This document shows, one piece after another, positions 1-11,866 of a stretch of DNA of 64,000 bases; within the stretch, counting starts at the first letter, position 1, and every line of letters begins with the position of its first letter. Origin of the DNA: an uncultured Planctomycetaceae bacterium. Lineage in GTDB: Bacteria > Planctomycetota > Planctomycetia > Planctomycetales > Planctomycetaceae. The position numbers and the translations under genes are program-made. The notes beneath the pieces are model-generated. The model made no database searches, was not told the DNA's origin, and saw only the letters and a list, made by a program, of their open reading frames with translations. The stretch spans positions 800,001-864,000 of the forward strand of contig CAWFAK010000017.1 in the NCBI GenBank assembly GCA_963813715.1, read 5' to 3'.

Positions 1-600
1 CGGCGTTGCCGCCGTTGGACGAGTAGGCCATGGCGAGATCGTTGCGGCTGGCGATCGTGATCGGGTCGGCGCTCCCCAGCTTTTGCTCGGCGATTTTGAG
101 CGTGGGCTCCAGGAGCACGATCTCGTCGTCGGTGCGGCCGGCATCGAAGTATGCCTCGCCCAGCTGGTTGCGGGCTTCGAGCGTGTCGGGATGGTCGGGG
201 CCTAACTCGGACGCCCGCAATTTGACGGCACGGTTGAGCTGTCGAATGGCCGCGTCCAGCTTGCCCAGATAGACGTAGGTCATGCCCAGCGCACTGCGGA
301 TCGACGCTTCGACGGCGGGCTTGTCTTCAAACGATTTGGCGATCTGCGGCTCAGCGGCGTCGACGGCCTGACGGATTGTCGCGTCGCGGCCCAGCCCTTC
401 CTCTTGGCCCTTCGGCCGGGCAGCGGCGAGCACGCGGTCTTTCACGAAGGCGAGCACGGCTTTGGCCTCGGCCTCGGCGCGTAAGTCCTTCAATGCCGCG
501 GTCACCAGATCCATCTCGGGCTTGCTCTCTCCGCCGGAGAAACTGCGGACGATCTGCATCACGCGGCCGGCGTCGACGAGCACGGCCTTGCTGCTGGTCT
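1..600 (-). CDS. TPR-containing protein fragment resembling the post-kinase region of planctomycete Ser/Thr kinase-TPR proteins; runs off the left edge, 5' end uncertain or truncated
   Basis: My translation of the minus strand (absent from the ORF track): AVLAFVKDRVLAAARPKGQEEGLGRDATIRQAVDAA...LGPDHPDTLEARNQLGEAY. In-frame ATGs at 559 and 514. Confidence 0.7.
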
Positions 601-602
601 TC

Positions 603-991
603 GACACGCTCACGGTTCTCGACGGGGCGAACGCCCAGCACAAGATTCGTCTCGCCGGGATCGACGCGCCCGAGGAGGGGCAGCCGTTCGGGACCAAGGC
701 TCGGGAGGCGTTGGCCGGCAAAGTGTTCGGCCTGACCGTCCGCATCGAAGTGATCGACGTTGACCGCTACCGCCGCGAAGTCAGGCGCATCTACCTCGGC
801 GATCGCTTCATCAACATGGATATGGTCACCGACGGCTTTGCTCGGCGGTACGTCACGTCCGACAAGCCGGGCGAGTTAGCCGGCGCGGAAGCCGAGGCCC
901 GCAGAATCGACGCGGGCTTTGGGCTGATCCAAACCCCGTACCGCCGTGGGAGTGGCGACGGGAGAAACGCCCGGCGTCGCGGTCCCGCTGA
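603..991 (+). pseudogene. Thermonuclease (SNase) family protein, N-terminally truncated, one frameshift near 900
   Basis: DTLTV...KIRLAGIDAPE..QPFG...DRY; the shifted frame gives RGLWADPNPVPPWEWRR and a stop at 989-991. No start codon or signal peptide. Confidence 0.8.
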
Positions 992-1302
992 CCATCCTTC
1001 CCGGCTCGCATGGACCCCAACGGCCGGTCGGGCTCGACTCGCTGGATGGTTCTCGCGCTCTCGCTCCTCGGCGATTGAAGTGAACACCACCACCGATCAA
1101 TTGGTAACCGTTTGGAAGACTCGGTTCTCAAGCTGTTATTGCGAGCGGGCGCGATTGATCGTCCATGTTGCTTAAAGGCAACACGGACGAGGCGTTGTTC
1201 AGGGTGGCGGGTTGTTTCCGACGTTCCGCGCACTAAATTTGATTTCGAGTCGCGAGTATTCGCGGCAAGCGGAGTCGAGCAAGACCGCGATCGGAGTTCG
1301 TC

Positions 1303-1878
1303 GTGCCGTCACAACTTCAAGAAATCGTCGATGCGATCCGTCGACGACCGTTCGTCGAGCCCTTGATTGAGCTCGAGCGGTTCGCGAAGGACGAGACGCT
1401 TCACGGACAGGGCGGCCAAGAACGGCGGCGCTTCCGCCGTTACTCACTGATCACGAACGTGGTCGTCCTGCCTCTTGACGATCAGCTGCGTCCCATCGGT
1501 GAACCGTTCGTGGCACTTTCGAGCGGCATGTCGGTCGACGGAATGCGGCTGATTTATACCGATCCGCCGCCCACCGACCACCTCTTCATTGAGATTGACG
1601 GCCAGCCGGTTCGCTTCGTGCTTTCCGTCCTGCGCAGTCGCCCGATTGGTCACTGTTTCGAGATCGCCGGCCGCCTGCTGAATGCCGACGTTGTGAACCA
1701 CGAACCGGTGTCACCGGTTCCAACCGGGGGAAACTCGATCGCGACCAGCAGCGACGAGTTCGCCACCTCGCCTGCTGAAGTTTCGCCCGCCTTCGATGAA
1801 TTTGCGCACTGGGCCGGCGTGAGTGCGGCCGTGCAATTGCTCCGCGCGAACCTCGGTGCGAAGTCACATCGCGCGTGA
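1303..1878 (+). CDS. PilZ-domain protein (putative c-di-GMP receptor)
   Basis: ERRRFRRY (RxxxR) and GMSVDG (variant of D/NxSxxG), followed by a beta-rich domain. Confidence 0.65.
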   Translation: MPSQLQEIVDAIRRRPFVEPLIELERFAKDETLHGQGGQERRRFRRYSLITNVVVLPLDDQLRPIGEPFVALSSGMSVDGMRLIYTDPPPTDHLFIEIDGQPVRFVLSVLRSRPIGHCFEIAGRLLNADVVNHEPVSPVPTGGNSIATSSDEFATSPAEVSPAFDEFAHWAGVSAAVQLLRANLGAKSHRA

Positions 1879-2341
1879 ACCTACGTTGTGAGCGCAGCGG
1901 GTTTGGACCGGGATCCAGCTTGCTCGTCAGGTAGCGGCCGAGGTCGAAGGAAATGCGCGGGCGGATTCTCGTCTCTCACGATCAAAGTCCGTTCGGGCAA
2001 TGCGTTCGATAGTGACGCCCTCGACAACTCGCACTTTTCGACCTTCGATGTCCTGCGGCTTGTCGGGCTCAAATTTGTCGGAACGGATGAAGACAGTTTT
2101 CCCCTTCTCTTTGGTCTGTTCCTCATTCAGGTTCAGCACGCCGGTAGCCGCGCAGATCCTCGCTGGGCCTGCCAATGAATGACGAGGAGCCCGGCTCCGC
2201 GACCAATGCCCGGTGCCAAACCCGAGCGCAAACTCTCGCACTGCCAGCGACGCTTGCTGCCCAAGCTTCGGTTTCGAGATAGATGCTCAATCCGCCGTAT
2301 AGTCGGGGCCGTAAAGGCTTTTTGTGTGCCGCCGATCGTAC

Positions 2342-4931
2342 TCACGGAAATCTCAACTCGAATGTCTCTGATTTCAAAACCGCGGAGGTCGAACCGCAGC
2401 GTGTTGTTTTCGACACCCTGCGGCGCGCCGGATCTTCGAGCAGATTGCATTCGCAGGCCGACGCGAGCCTGCCGCCAAACTGGATGGCGACGTTTTTGGC
2501 CGGCCGGTCGGTGGCTTCGTAGACGCGCAAAATCGCGGAGCCGTCGCGACCCGGTTTCAGAGCCGAGACGACCACATCGGACGGCGCGACTTCGAGAAGG
2601 CCCCATCGGTGCGGTAATTCGCCGGTGTGCGTGGTCGCTTTGGCTGCGATGAGCGGACGATTGAATTCCAATCCGGCGCGGAAGACATTCGCGGTCCGCC
2701 AATCGCCGGCATGTGGATAGAGGGCGTATTGAACTGTCCGCGATTTTCCCAATTGTCGCCCGCTTTCGGAGGACATCCCCGGCTCGTAGCCGCCGCCGAA
2801 GCCGTAGGCGCCCAGCGTGTGCGAGCGCAGCAGCGAGACCATCATCGTGCCGTCGGTTGTCAGGTTGCCCGGCAGGCCGCGGTTGAGAAGCGCCAGGCCC
2901 CCCTGGGCATCGCTGTAATCGACCCAATCTTGTGCGGGGAACTCGATCCCCTCGGGCCGTTCGATCGAACCGAACGGGATCGAGTGCACGATCTTGCCGC
3001 GCGCAACGGCGGTCGGAAACAGAGCCTGGTATCTCACGTATTTTTCATGGTTGACGAGCGTCGTCCAGATGTCGATTCGCGGCAGGCCGTGGTAGCAGCG
3101 GATGCGCGTCTCGAAGGAGCCGGTGTCGAACGGATAGGCCACGCGGAACTCGGCAAAAACCGACCCGGAACGCATCTGTTGCGGCGGGCCGTGAAATTCG
3201 CTGGTCAATTTCGCCTGGCCTGCCCGCGGGACCGGCTGCTTGCGCTTCATGGCGATGGCGCTTCCGCCATCGAGTCCCTGATACAGCTCCCAGAGGTCGC
3301 CTTGATCCGTCTCGCGGCTGATCACGTTGGCCGGTGCGGCCAATAACTCGCGCCCGCCGGCCTTTTCGACGAGGCTGGTGACTGCACCCGTCGAGGGATC
3401 GATCGTGAGGCGGTAAAACTCGCCATCCACGGACGGGGCCGTCTGTTTCTCCGGCTGGTCCGGATGTTTTTGGGGGATCGCATGCAACACGCAGTACCCC
3501 AGCGCGGGGGACGTCGCGCGCCAGAAATATCAAACGCCCTGTCTCAATCCCGCCGTCTTTGCGGCGCGCCGACTCAGCCAGCTGCACCGGAACTTCCTTG
3601 CCGTCGGCATCTTCCACGCGAAAGCTGTGGACGCCGGGTTCGGCGATCCCGACGGTCGCTTCGGCCACGTCGGTGCGCGGCCAGCCCAGCGTGTTGAAGA
3701 CGATAATCGGGATCCCGTCGCCGCGAGTGTCGATCTTCGCCGTAATTTGTTCGCGGAGCTTGTCAATCCACTGGTTGCCCAGGCGGCGGGAGAAGGCGTA
3801 ACTGGCGAGCGTGTCTGCGTAGACGTGATCCGTCATCACTCCGGACGCAAGGTCGTGTGTTTCATTAAACAGCACCGGCTCCCACGCGGGCCAGCACATG
3901 CGCTCGGGGATGCCGCCGCCCAACCGTTCGGCGAGCACGCCGAGAGTCTCTGCAGTCGTCAACAGACGCTCCATGTCGCGCATCTCTTGTTTGAGTTCGA
4001 TGCGGCTGCTGTACGTGCCCTGAAAAATCGGGTTCAATTCGCCGCGAAAAACATCCAGGTTCTTGCGTTTGGCGACGACGGCCTCGAAGTCGGAGGGGAC
4101 GGCCATATTCAATCGAATCGGCTCGTTCGGCTGTCGGTTGTAGGCTTCGATCATCGGCGCGAGGTGCTCTTCTGGCACCGAAACGTCGACGCCCGACAAG
4201 CCGACCCGATCGGCCTCGCGCGAGTATCTCCCCAGAAGCTCGTAGCGGCCTTTGACAAACTGCTCGAAGTGGGGGAGAACCCTGGGCGCGTTGTACATCA
4301 GACCGTAACTGTGCGGCAGCCAGAACGCGGGAATTTGTGTGCCGTCGATTCCCTGCCAGAGAAACTCCGAGGAATGCCGTCGATTGGGCACGCCACGCGA
4401 GAACCAGAATGTTTTGTAACCGGCCAAGCGCAGCAGCTGCGGCAATTGGGCATGATGCCCGAAGGTGTCGATGAGCCAGCAATTGGTAACGTCCACCCCG
4501 AGCTGTTCGCGGTAGTAGCCTTTACCGTAGAGGATTTGCCGAATAAAAGTCTCGCCGCCGGGCATGTTCACGTCGGGCATGACATCCATCCCCAGCACGA
4601 GTTGGAGCCGTCCCTCGGCGACAAATTTGCGGAACGCGGCGGCCTCCTCGGGATAGCGCTCCAGAAACGGCCGGACGTAGGCGACCTGGTCCAGCACAAA
4701 CCGGTAGCTCGGCTGAGTCTTGAGGAGCCGCAGCGCTTCCAGAATGTGCGGCAATCCGATGTCGAGGTACTCTTCGCGCGTCTTGAAGACGGCCCCCTCC
4801 CAGTGCGTGTGCGGGATCACCCACAATACGCCCTGTGGCTTGGCCGGATCTTTGCCCCTCGCGGCCCCCGGAACGAAGACGGCTGACAGAGACAACAACA
4901 AGGCGGTGAGCAAAAGGCTGTTTGTGCGCAT
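2342..4931 (-). CDS. Secreted glycoside hydrolase family 38 (alpha-mannosidase-like); frameshifts near 3490 and 2420, 3' end approximate
   Basis: Signal peptide, IPHTHWE, WLIDTFGH nucleophile motif, NETHDLASG, C-terminal ILRVYE..CNLLE. Confidence 0.9.
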
Positions 4932-5310
4932 CGAATCCTCGAAAAAGCGCCGAACCTTTGAATGAGGTCAAATCTCACGCCGGCGTCCTGTTCGCAGACT
5001 ACCTTGGATCTGCAAATCGGGAAATGGGCCGAACCGGACAGTCTCATTTCGGTCCCCGGGCGGAGGTTGTCCGACGGCTTCATCGGTTGAGCGCGGAGTT
5101 TACGACGCCACGACGCTCGAATTTTGGGTCGCGTACGCGAAGAAGGACATCGAGGTCTAGAAGCGGCCCTTCGTGCACGTCCAGTGAAAGGACTATCCCC
5201 ACTGAGGGGAACGCGGCACCGCATGCGGCCCGCAGCTCGCGCGTTTGCGTCAAAGCATGCACCTGGCTAGCATCGGAACTCGGTCGGTTTTTCCACGCAG
5301 AGTTCTCAGG

Positions 5311-5757
5311 ATGGAAGCTCGCTTCACCGTCATTTCGGGCCCGTTTCGCGGACAATCGTTTCAAGTTCCGCGTGGCAAGTTCATTCTCGGCCGCGAAACC
5401 GATTGCCACCTGGTGCTCGACTCGCACTCGGTCAGCCGGCATCACTGCGTGCTGTTGCTGGACGACTACACGCTGAGAATCCGCGATCTGGCCAGCAAGA
5501 ACGGAACCTTCGTCAACAGAGATCAGACCCGAGTCGGCGAGCGTATCTTAGTCCACGGCGACACGGTCCGCGTTGGCGACATGGTCATCCGAGTTGAGTT
5601 GGAATCGGGCAGTGCATCGGCCTCACTTGAAACGCAGCACGTTGGGCCCGAGACGATCGATCAACCCGGCCAATCACCCAAGACGCCCAAGGTCGATCAG
5701 CCGACATCGGCCGAGGTGCCGCAAGCAGCACCTGAGGACGGTGTGATGCCCAAGTGA
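5311..5757 (+). CDS. FHA-domain protein
   Basis: ILGR..VSRHH..DLASKNGTFVN. Confidence 0.9.
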   Translation: MEARFTVISGPFRGQSFQVPRGKFILGRETDCHLVLDSHSVSRHHCVLLLDDYTLRIRDLASKNGTFVNRDQTRVGERILVHGDTVRVGDMVIRVELESGSASASLETQHVGPETIDQPGQSPKTPKVDQPTSAEVPQAAPEDGVMPK

Positions 5758-5848
5758 AAAAAGCGGTTCCAGTCTCGATGACAACGAGCCGAGCCGCGCT
5801 CAACAAAGACAAGCAAAGCCTCGCCTTTCCTTAGAAAGGCCTCTTCCT

Positions 5849-6265
5849 GTGAAAGTGCCTCAAAACAGGTTGACCCGCAGAACCTTTTGCGCGGCAAGCG
5901 CCGGCTTGGCCGCGTTCGGTTTCAATCGCATGGCCGCTGCCGCCGAACCTGAGGCGGGGAAAGTGATCACACAGCTTGCCAAGTTCAAACTCAACATGGA
6001 AAAAGAAGCTGAGGGACTCCAGGCGCTCAAGGAATTATGCGCCGCAGTCGAGAAAAACGAACCTGGCGTGCTGGTCTATCTCTGTCATCGCGTGGCTAAG
6101 AAACCGGACGAGCTGGTGTTCTTCGAAGTCTATAAGGACCAGGAGGCTCTTAAGGCGCACAGCAAAACCCCGCACTTTGCGAAGCTTCGCAGCGGCTTTG
6201 CCAGCCTCTTCCGCCTGCCCTTGGAGGTCACGCGGTTGGATCGTGTCGCGGGTTACGCGCGTTAG
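5849..6265 (+). CDS. Antibiotic-biosynthesis-monooxygenase (ABM) family protein with Tat signal
   Basis: TRRTF twin-arginine motif; EPGVLVY...FFEVYKD.EALKAH..TPHF. Confidence 0.8.
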   Translation: MKVPQNRLTRRTFCAASAGLAAFGFNRMAAAAEPEAGKVITQLAKFKLNMEKEAEGLQALKELCAAVEKNEPGVLVYLCHRVAKKPDELVFFEVYKDQEALKAHSKTPHFAKLRSGFASLFRLPLEVTRLDRVAGYAR

Positions 6266-6744
6266 CGCGGTGCCGGCGTCGGCGCTTCAATGACTTCAAA
6301 CACGCAATTGCGAACACGGCTGTCACACGCAGGTCTCAGTCAGGGTGCCCGCGTCGTTGGATTCGTGGACACGATGTCCACCCGGCTGGTGGGCGCCTTG
6401 TCGCAGCGGCGAGACCTGGCGATTGGGCTCTGCTTGTGCGTTCTGCCGACCTACAGGGGGCACGACCCCGTCGGTTTGGGCCCAAAAGCGATAATGCGTG
6501 TGCCTGAGATCCCCGGTGCCCCTGGGTGGATTTCCCAGCTGTTCACGCGAGCAAAGTCTCGGATAGCGTTACGAGCCTCGTAGCGGGGCGCTAATGCGGC
6601 CAAGACGAGAACCATCAACAGCTGGCAACCGGGGGGAACTCGAAGACGCCCAGCCTCGTGCGGAGACGTAAGCCATGTGGCCGTCTTTGTTCCAGGCCCA
6701 GGCTTATTTCCGAACCGGACCGATTTCAGTTCGGCTCGTCCGGC

Positions 6745-7677
6745 TTACCCTTGTGGCAGCGCCGAAATGGCTCGCACGGCATCTTCGAGCTCCTCGCACT
6801 TGGCCAGCGCATCGAGCCATGCTCGTGGAATTCCCTCAACGCCCCAATAGGCGCCAGCTAGTTGACCGCAGACCGCGCCCGTCGTGTCGGCGTCGTCGCC
6901 CAAGTTGACCGCTTTGAGAACCGCTTCCCGGAAATCGCCAGCGTCGTGAAAGGCCCACAGGGCCGCTTCGAGGGACCTGACGACGTAACCACTCCCCGCG
7001 ATCACCGGCGGCGATCGGTGCCGAAAACTTCCGGCCGCGACCTCCTCGATGGCGGGATGCAGTGACTGAGCGGACTGCTGTCTCTGCAGGGGCTTCCAGT
7101 CAGGATCGAGGACCTCCTCACGGTCAACGCCGTGCATTAATGCAGCCAGAACCAGCGCAAGGTACCGGCACGCCGAAAGACACTGCGGGCTTGCATGAGT
7201 AGGAAGACTCGATTCAGTCGCAAGGACAGCCAAATCCGAAACATGATCCGGAAACAAATGCCCAAATCGGATCGGAACTGGAGCCAGACGCATGATCGAC
7301 CCGTTTCCGCTGGTGCTCTCAGACTTCGAGGCGGACGACCGTGCATCGCCCGTGATCTCAAATCGTGAGAGCGCGTCCCGAACTGTTAAACCGATGTCGA
7401 AGCAGCGGCCGTTGACCGAATAGTGCCCGTGACGCCACCATCGGACGTAGCGTTGAGCCTGGTCATCCAAATCCCAGCCGACCTCGGCGATGCTGGCGGC
7501 CAAAGCCAAAGCCATGCTCGTGTCGTCCGTCCATTCACCGGGACCGAGACCGTGTGGACCTCCGGCACGAAAGCCCGTGACCGGCTCGAACATGCCGGGC
7601 AGACTGAACTCGACGGCTGCTCCAAGAGCATCGCCGACAGCCAATCCAAGAAGCGTTCCGCGGCGTCGATCGTCCAC
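6745..7677 (-). CDS. ADP-ribosylglycohydrolase (DraG/ARH family)
   Basis: GLAVGDALG, WTDDT, GNGSIMR, GDDADTTGAV; GTG start at 7677 with GGAG upstream. Confidence 0.92.
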   Translation of the reverse strand: MDDRRRGTLLGLAVGDALGAAVEFSLPGMFEPVTGFRAGGPHGLGPGEWTDDTSMALALAASIAEVGWDLDDQAQRYVRWWRHGHYSVNGRCFDIGLTVRDALSRFEITGDARSSASKSESTSGNGSIMRLAPVPIRFGHLFPDHVSDLAVLATESSLPTHASPQCLSACRYLALVLAALMHGVDREEVLDPDWKPLQRQQSAQSLHPAIEEVAAGSFRHRSPPVIAGSGYVVRSLEAALWAFHDAGDFREAVLKAVNLGDDADTTGAVCGQLAGAYWGVEGIPRAWLDALAKCEELEDAVRAISALPQG

Positions 7678-7843
7678 GTGCTTTCTCCATGCCGATGGAT
7701 GCCGAACGTAATCGCTTCTGACTTTGATGGCAACTATGTGTTTGCCAGTGACGCACGCACCCCGCCGGCGCATCGATGACGCGTCGCAGAATATTCGAAG
7801 CCCAGGCATGTACTCGATGGCGTCTTGCTCGCCCTCCAATCGC

Positions 7844-10800
7844 TCAAGCAGCTTTCGGTTTCTGCTCAGTGGGAGCCTTTGTTGGGGAGGCGTTTTTCGG
7901 GGGATCATCATCCGCCGGGACTGCGGCAGGCGGGATTTCGACTTTCATTTCCCGCAGCAACTGGCACGCGCACGTGTGCTCGATGCCTTCCCAGTCCGTC
8001 GCTTGCGCACAACGGATGAGATATTTCTTTGCGTTTTCGGTATCGCCGCGATTTTTGAGGAAAACCCCTACAAAGTAGGGCACCACGGATGCCTGAATTG
8101 TGCTCGGCGGCAAAGCAAGGATCTTGTCCACACCCGCGACGTTGAGCCTGGCATTCCGCGGCGCAAGCATGGGTTGCAGTTGCTCGGCAAGCTGTTTGTA
8201 CCGCGTCCCCTCGTCGTACTGGGCATTTTGGGGCGGCATTTTGAGAATCTCTTCCAGGAGCTGGTCGCGTTCGCTCGTTTTGCCCAGCGAGTCGGCCACA
8301 ATCGCCGCGTGGAACGCCGAGTAGAATTCTGACTTGGCCCGTTGTGCATTCTGGAAGCAGCCTAGCGCCTGTTCGGGCTGGCCAAGCACCAGACAATAGA
8401 AGCCGATTCGTCGGCTTTGCTCTGCAAAAAGAGGTTCTCGCCATCCGCCCATCTGGGCATGGACTAGCTCGTCGGCCGCGCGAACGTTACCCCGACCAGT
8501 TCGATGGCACCAACACATCCAATTCATGACGTGGTCGTCGTAGTGCTTGGAAACGGCTGTGACGAGTTCTTCGGCTTTGTCCCACTCACCCAACATTTCG
8601 TGGCAGCGTGCCGCCGTGATCATCGACCAGGACGAACCGCTTTGGGCGGCCGCGTCCGCGTAGGCGGCCGCTTCCTTCCATTTCTGGCGCTCGAGCAAGT
8701 CGACGGCGATCTCGTTCTGAACCATGGCTTGCTCGAGTCCAGCGGGCGGCAGCTTGATCGCCTTGTCCAGCGTCTCCCTCCAGCGACGATGGTCTTTTTG
8801 GGATTGGTAGACGTTGGCCAGCACTCGCAACGACATGTACCCCGGTTCTAACGCGACGAACCGCTTGGCACAGCGCTCGGCATCATCGTAGCGCTTCAAC
8901 CCGTAGTAGCGATCTGTCAAGGCATGCGTCACCAGCAGATCGTCCGCGTAATCTCGCTCGTACTTCTCGGCCTCCGGGCCCGCGTGGGCCCAGTCCCGCG
9001 TAATCCGCATTGCGACGGCCAGCGGTAGCGTGTTGCTGGTATTCCAGAACCGCTCCATGAACAAGGGATTGTAATTCTTGGCGTCCGGGGCGCCATAGAA
9101 TCCCGCTTGAACGCAGAGCATCTCATCGCTGAAGACCATGTCGCCGTGAAGAGCGGCCGTGTCCTGCCAGTGGCCGAGCCTCGGATTGAGGGAGGAGGCC
9201 CATCGCAAAATGGGGAGGTCCTGCGGAGTGATGTCATAGCTCGCGGCTTTGGTGCCAAACTCCGCGGCAGCGGCGTCGTTCGCCGGCTTGCTGTCTGTAA
9301 ACGACGCCATGTAGGTGGCATAGGGGTGGTCCGCAACCAAGGGGCCAATGGCGGCGATCATGTCGTCGACGGACAGGCCGAGGAGCTTTCGATAAACGTC
9401 CAGCTTGCGCACCACTTGCGCAAAATGGATGTCATCAATCGCATGCCCGACCGCGGAGAGCGACGGTTCGCCCCGGTCAAGTTGCGGCGTCCCCCCGCTC
9501 TTGAGGTCCGCAATTAGCAGCCTTCGGAATTCGACTTCCGTGGCATCGTTTTGGGTCGCCTCGGCGGTCTTGATACGTTTGACCGCCGGCTCCGGCAGGC
9601 CGGGAACGTCCAACAGCGCCCGTCGCAGAAGTGCACCGGTTACAGTGAGTCCCTTGTCGGCTCCCTCGCGTGTGGGTCCTAACAGCTGAGTCGAAGCGAG
9701 CACGTGGTAGCCGAAGGGGGAATCGGGACAGACCTCAAGAAAATCAGTTGCCGCCTTCATCGTCAGTTCGTACAGAGGGCCATACATCACGCTTTGCAAG
9801 TAAAGGTAGCGGGCCAGCCGGCGCTGAGGGGGAGTCTTTGCCAGCTGCAGCATCTGGTAAGGCCGTCCCCGCCCGAATGCGTCGAGCAAGTCGGTCCAAA
9901 ACGGAAGAACTGGCGCCGACGGCGAGGAGTCTTGTGCCTTCTTCGCCGCCGCGATGTCCTCCGCCGCCCGCTTGTGCAGTTCCAGAAGCATCCTCGCGTA
10001 GGCGCGATGCCAGAGCGCCAGGACGATTCGTCAGTCTTGCGCAACAGTCGCTCGGCGTAGAGCAGGGCGCGGGCATGATAAACCTTGTGCGAGCCGCTGT
10101 AGTGGTATTCGGTGAGCGACCCGAGATTGGCGTATCCGACGACCAAGGCAGCCAGGAGCTGGGGCGATTCACCCATGTCGCGGATTTCTGCATGCACCCG
10201 CCGCAACCCGGCCAGGACCGAGATCTCGTTCCAAGTCCAGAGCAAATCAGAAGTCGCAGCGGGGACCTCGAATGAGGCACGAGCCGCGTGCACAGCTCCT
10301 TTTCCACCGGAGCGGGTGAGCAGGCCTTTGAATTCGCCGCGCGAGAGGGCCTCCGCCTTTTCCGCGAACGTCGCGAGCCATTTCGGATTGGGATCCTTGG
10401 CGTCGATCTTTTCCGCCAAGCGCCAGTACTCTTCCGATTCACGGCCGAGCTTGTAGTCGATGGACGCGTGGTCTTCCGGGCCATTTGCCGAGGCAGACAG
10501 CCTAAAAGGAACGGACTTTGGGTCGGGCTTTTCCGGGAATTCTTCCCGCAACATCGCATCGCGAGTGGAAAGTCCCACCTCGTCTCGGGCCGCGAGCAGA
10601 AACGCTTGCCGAAACAACTCGCGCAACGTGAGTGGGACCGCATGAGAAGAGCCCGCGCCGGGCTCGCTCACGGTGAGATAGACAGTATCGCCAACGCCCA
10701 TGTCACTCTTGGGGAGTTCCGATGCCGCAGCGGCGAGAGTCGACTCCGTCGTCTGTTTAGAGGGGGGCGGGTTGCGATCATTGAACATCACCCAAAAACT

Positions 10801-10866
10801 CGCTGCGGTGCCGATCGCTAACAGGAACCCGATCGCAACGAGTGCAATGGTAAAGCTGCGTGACAT
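7844..10866 (-). CDS. Large N-terminally anchored alpha-helical/TPR-like protein (~1000 aa; frameshift near 10000)
   Basis: Two consecutive ORFs (367 and 715 aa); N-terminal hydrophobic helix; TPR-like motifs (ARCHEMLGEWDKAEE). Confidence 0.7.
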
Positions 10867-11006
10867 GTGGCATCCCCGGAGCGCGGCCAACCGTCAGTGA
10901 GTTGATTGCTTGGATCTGAGATCTCGGGAAATGAGGGAGATCATTTTATCGTGCTGACCTGAGTCGCTTCCTGCAACCGTGTCGAACCCTCACGGCCAGG
11001 CGGCTC

Positions 11007-11300
11007 ATGCCGCAGGCGGCGGGATTCGTAAGCAAGAACCTTCCCGATGACTGGGTACTGAGGATGGTGGCGCGGACGCAAACGATCGATTACTTGATCC
11101 TGGCGTTTGACGCCCAAAAGCCGATTGACGGCAAAGATGTCTTTCGGTGGACATTCGAAGTCCCACTTCTCTACCGGGTCTACAGCGATCCGACCGGCGG
11201 CTCGCTGCAAGTCTACGAGGGCACGAAGCTACGAACATTGGGCAAATTCACGGTGAGTATCGATGCGGTGGGCTTCGATCACCTGGAGGCGCCCCAGTGA
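11007..11300 (+). CDS. Hypothetical protein
   Basis: 97-aa ORF with protein-like composition; no family recognised. Confidence 0.4.
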   Translation: MPQAAGFVSKNLPDDWVLRMVARTQTIDYLILAFDAQKPIDGKDVFRWTFEVPLLYRVYSDPTGGSLQVYEGTKLRTLGKFTVSIDAVGFDHLEAPQ

Positions 11301-11524
11301 ACCGAGCGAGTTGTCGCGATCGAGGGTCGCAGCGGCACGTTTGTGATTACGAAAACTGTAAACTGATCTCCCGCCGGGCTCCCGTGACGGCGTTCCGCCG
11401 AGATACGTCGCTGTCGCGCTGGGATGAAACCCACCACGCGATTGCGGACGGTCGGGGGGAAACACATTGGCCCGACAGTCAACAAAATCGGCGAGCCAGT
11501 GGGTGCCTCTGAAAGGAGCGGCTC

Positions 11525-11866
11525 TTGACCGCGACACCCGAGTTCCCGAATGACGAGAACGGCCAAGTCTTGCGGCGGATGTTCGACGGCGGGGATGCCC
11601 TCACGCAAGCGAGAGTCGTTGACTTCTGCTTCGTGTTTCCCGATCGCGAGGCAGCATTGGCATTCCTGCGAGATGTGGAGGATCGGACTCTCGAGACATG
11701 CTTGTCCTGGTATCAAGAAAAGTCGATGTGGGAGGTAATTGTGAAACGTCACATGATTCCGCAGCATGCAACGATCCGCGCTATGGAGTCGATGCTGACG
11801 CTGAAAGCCGAAAACTTGGGACGAAAACCGGACGGGTGGGGATGCATGCAGACTAAGATGCGGTGA
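11525..11866 (+). CDS. Ribonuclease E inhibitor RraB-like domain protein
   Basis: ENGQVLRRM..GGD.L.QARVVDFCFVF...DGWG; AGGAG ribosome binding site. Confidence 0.8.
   Translation: MTATPEFPNDENGQVLRRMFDGGDALTQARVVDFCFVFPDREAALAFLRDVEDRTLETCLSWYQEKSMWEVIVKRHMIPQHATIRAMESMLTLKAENLGRKPDGWGCMQTKMR

Noticed and set aside
1881..2241. Small minus-strand gene downstream of GH38
   Set aside because: Possibly a frameshifted real gene, but no family or start can be supported.
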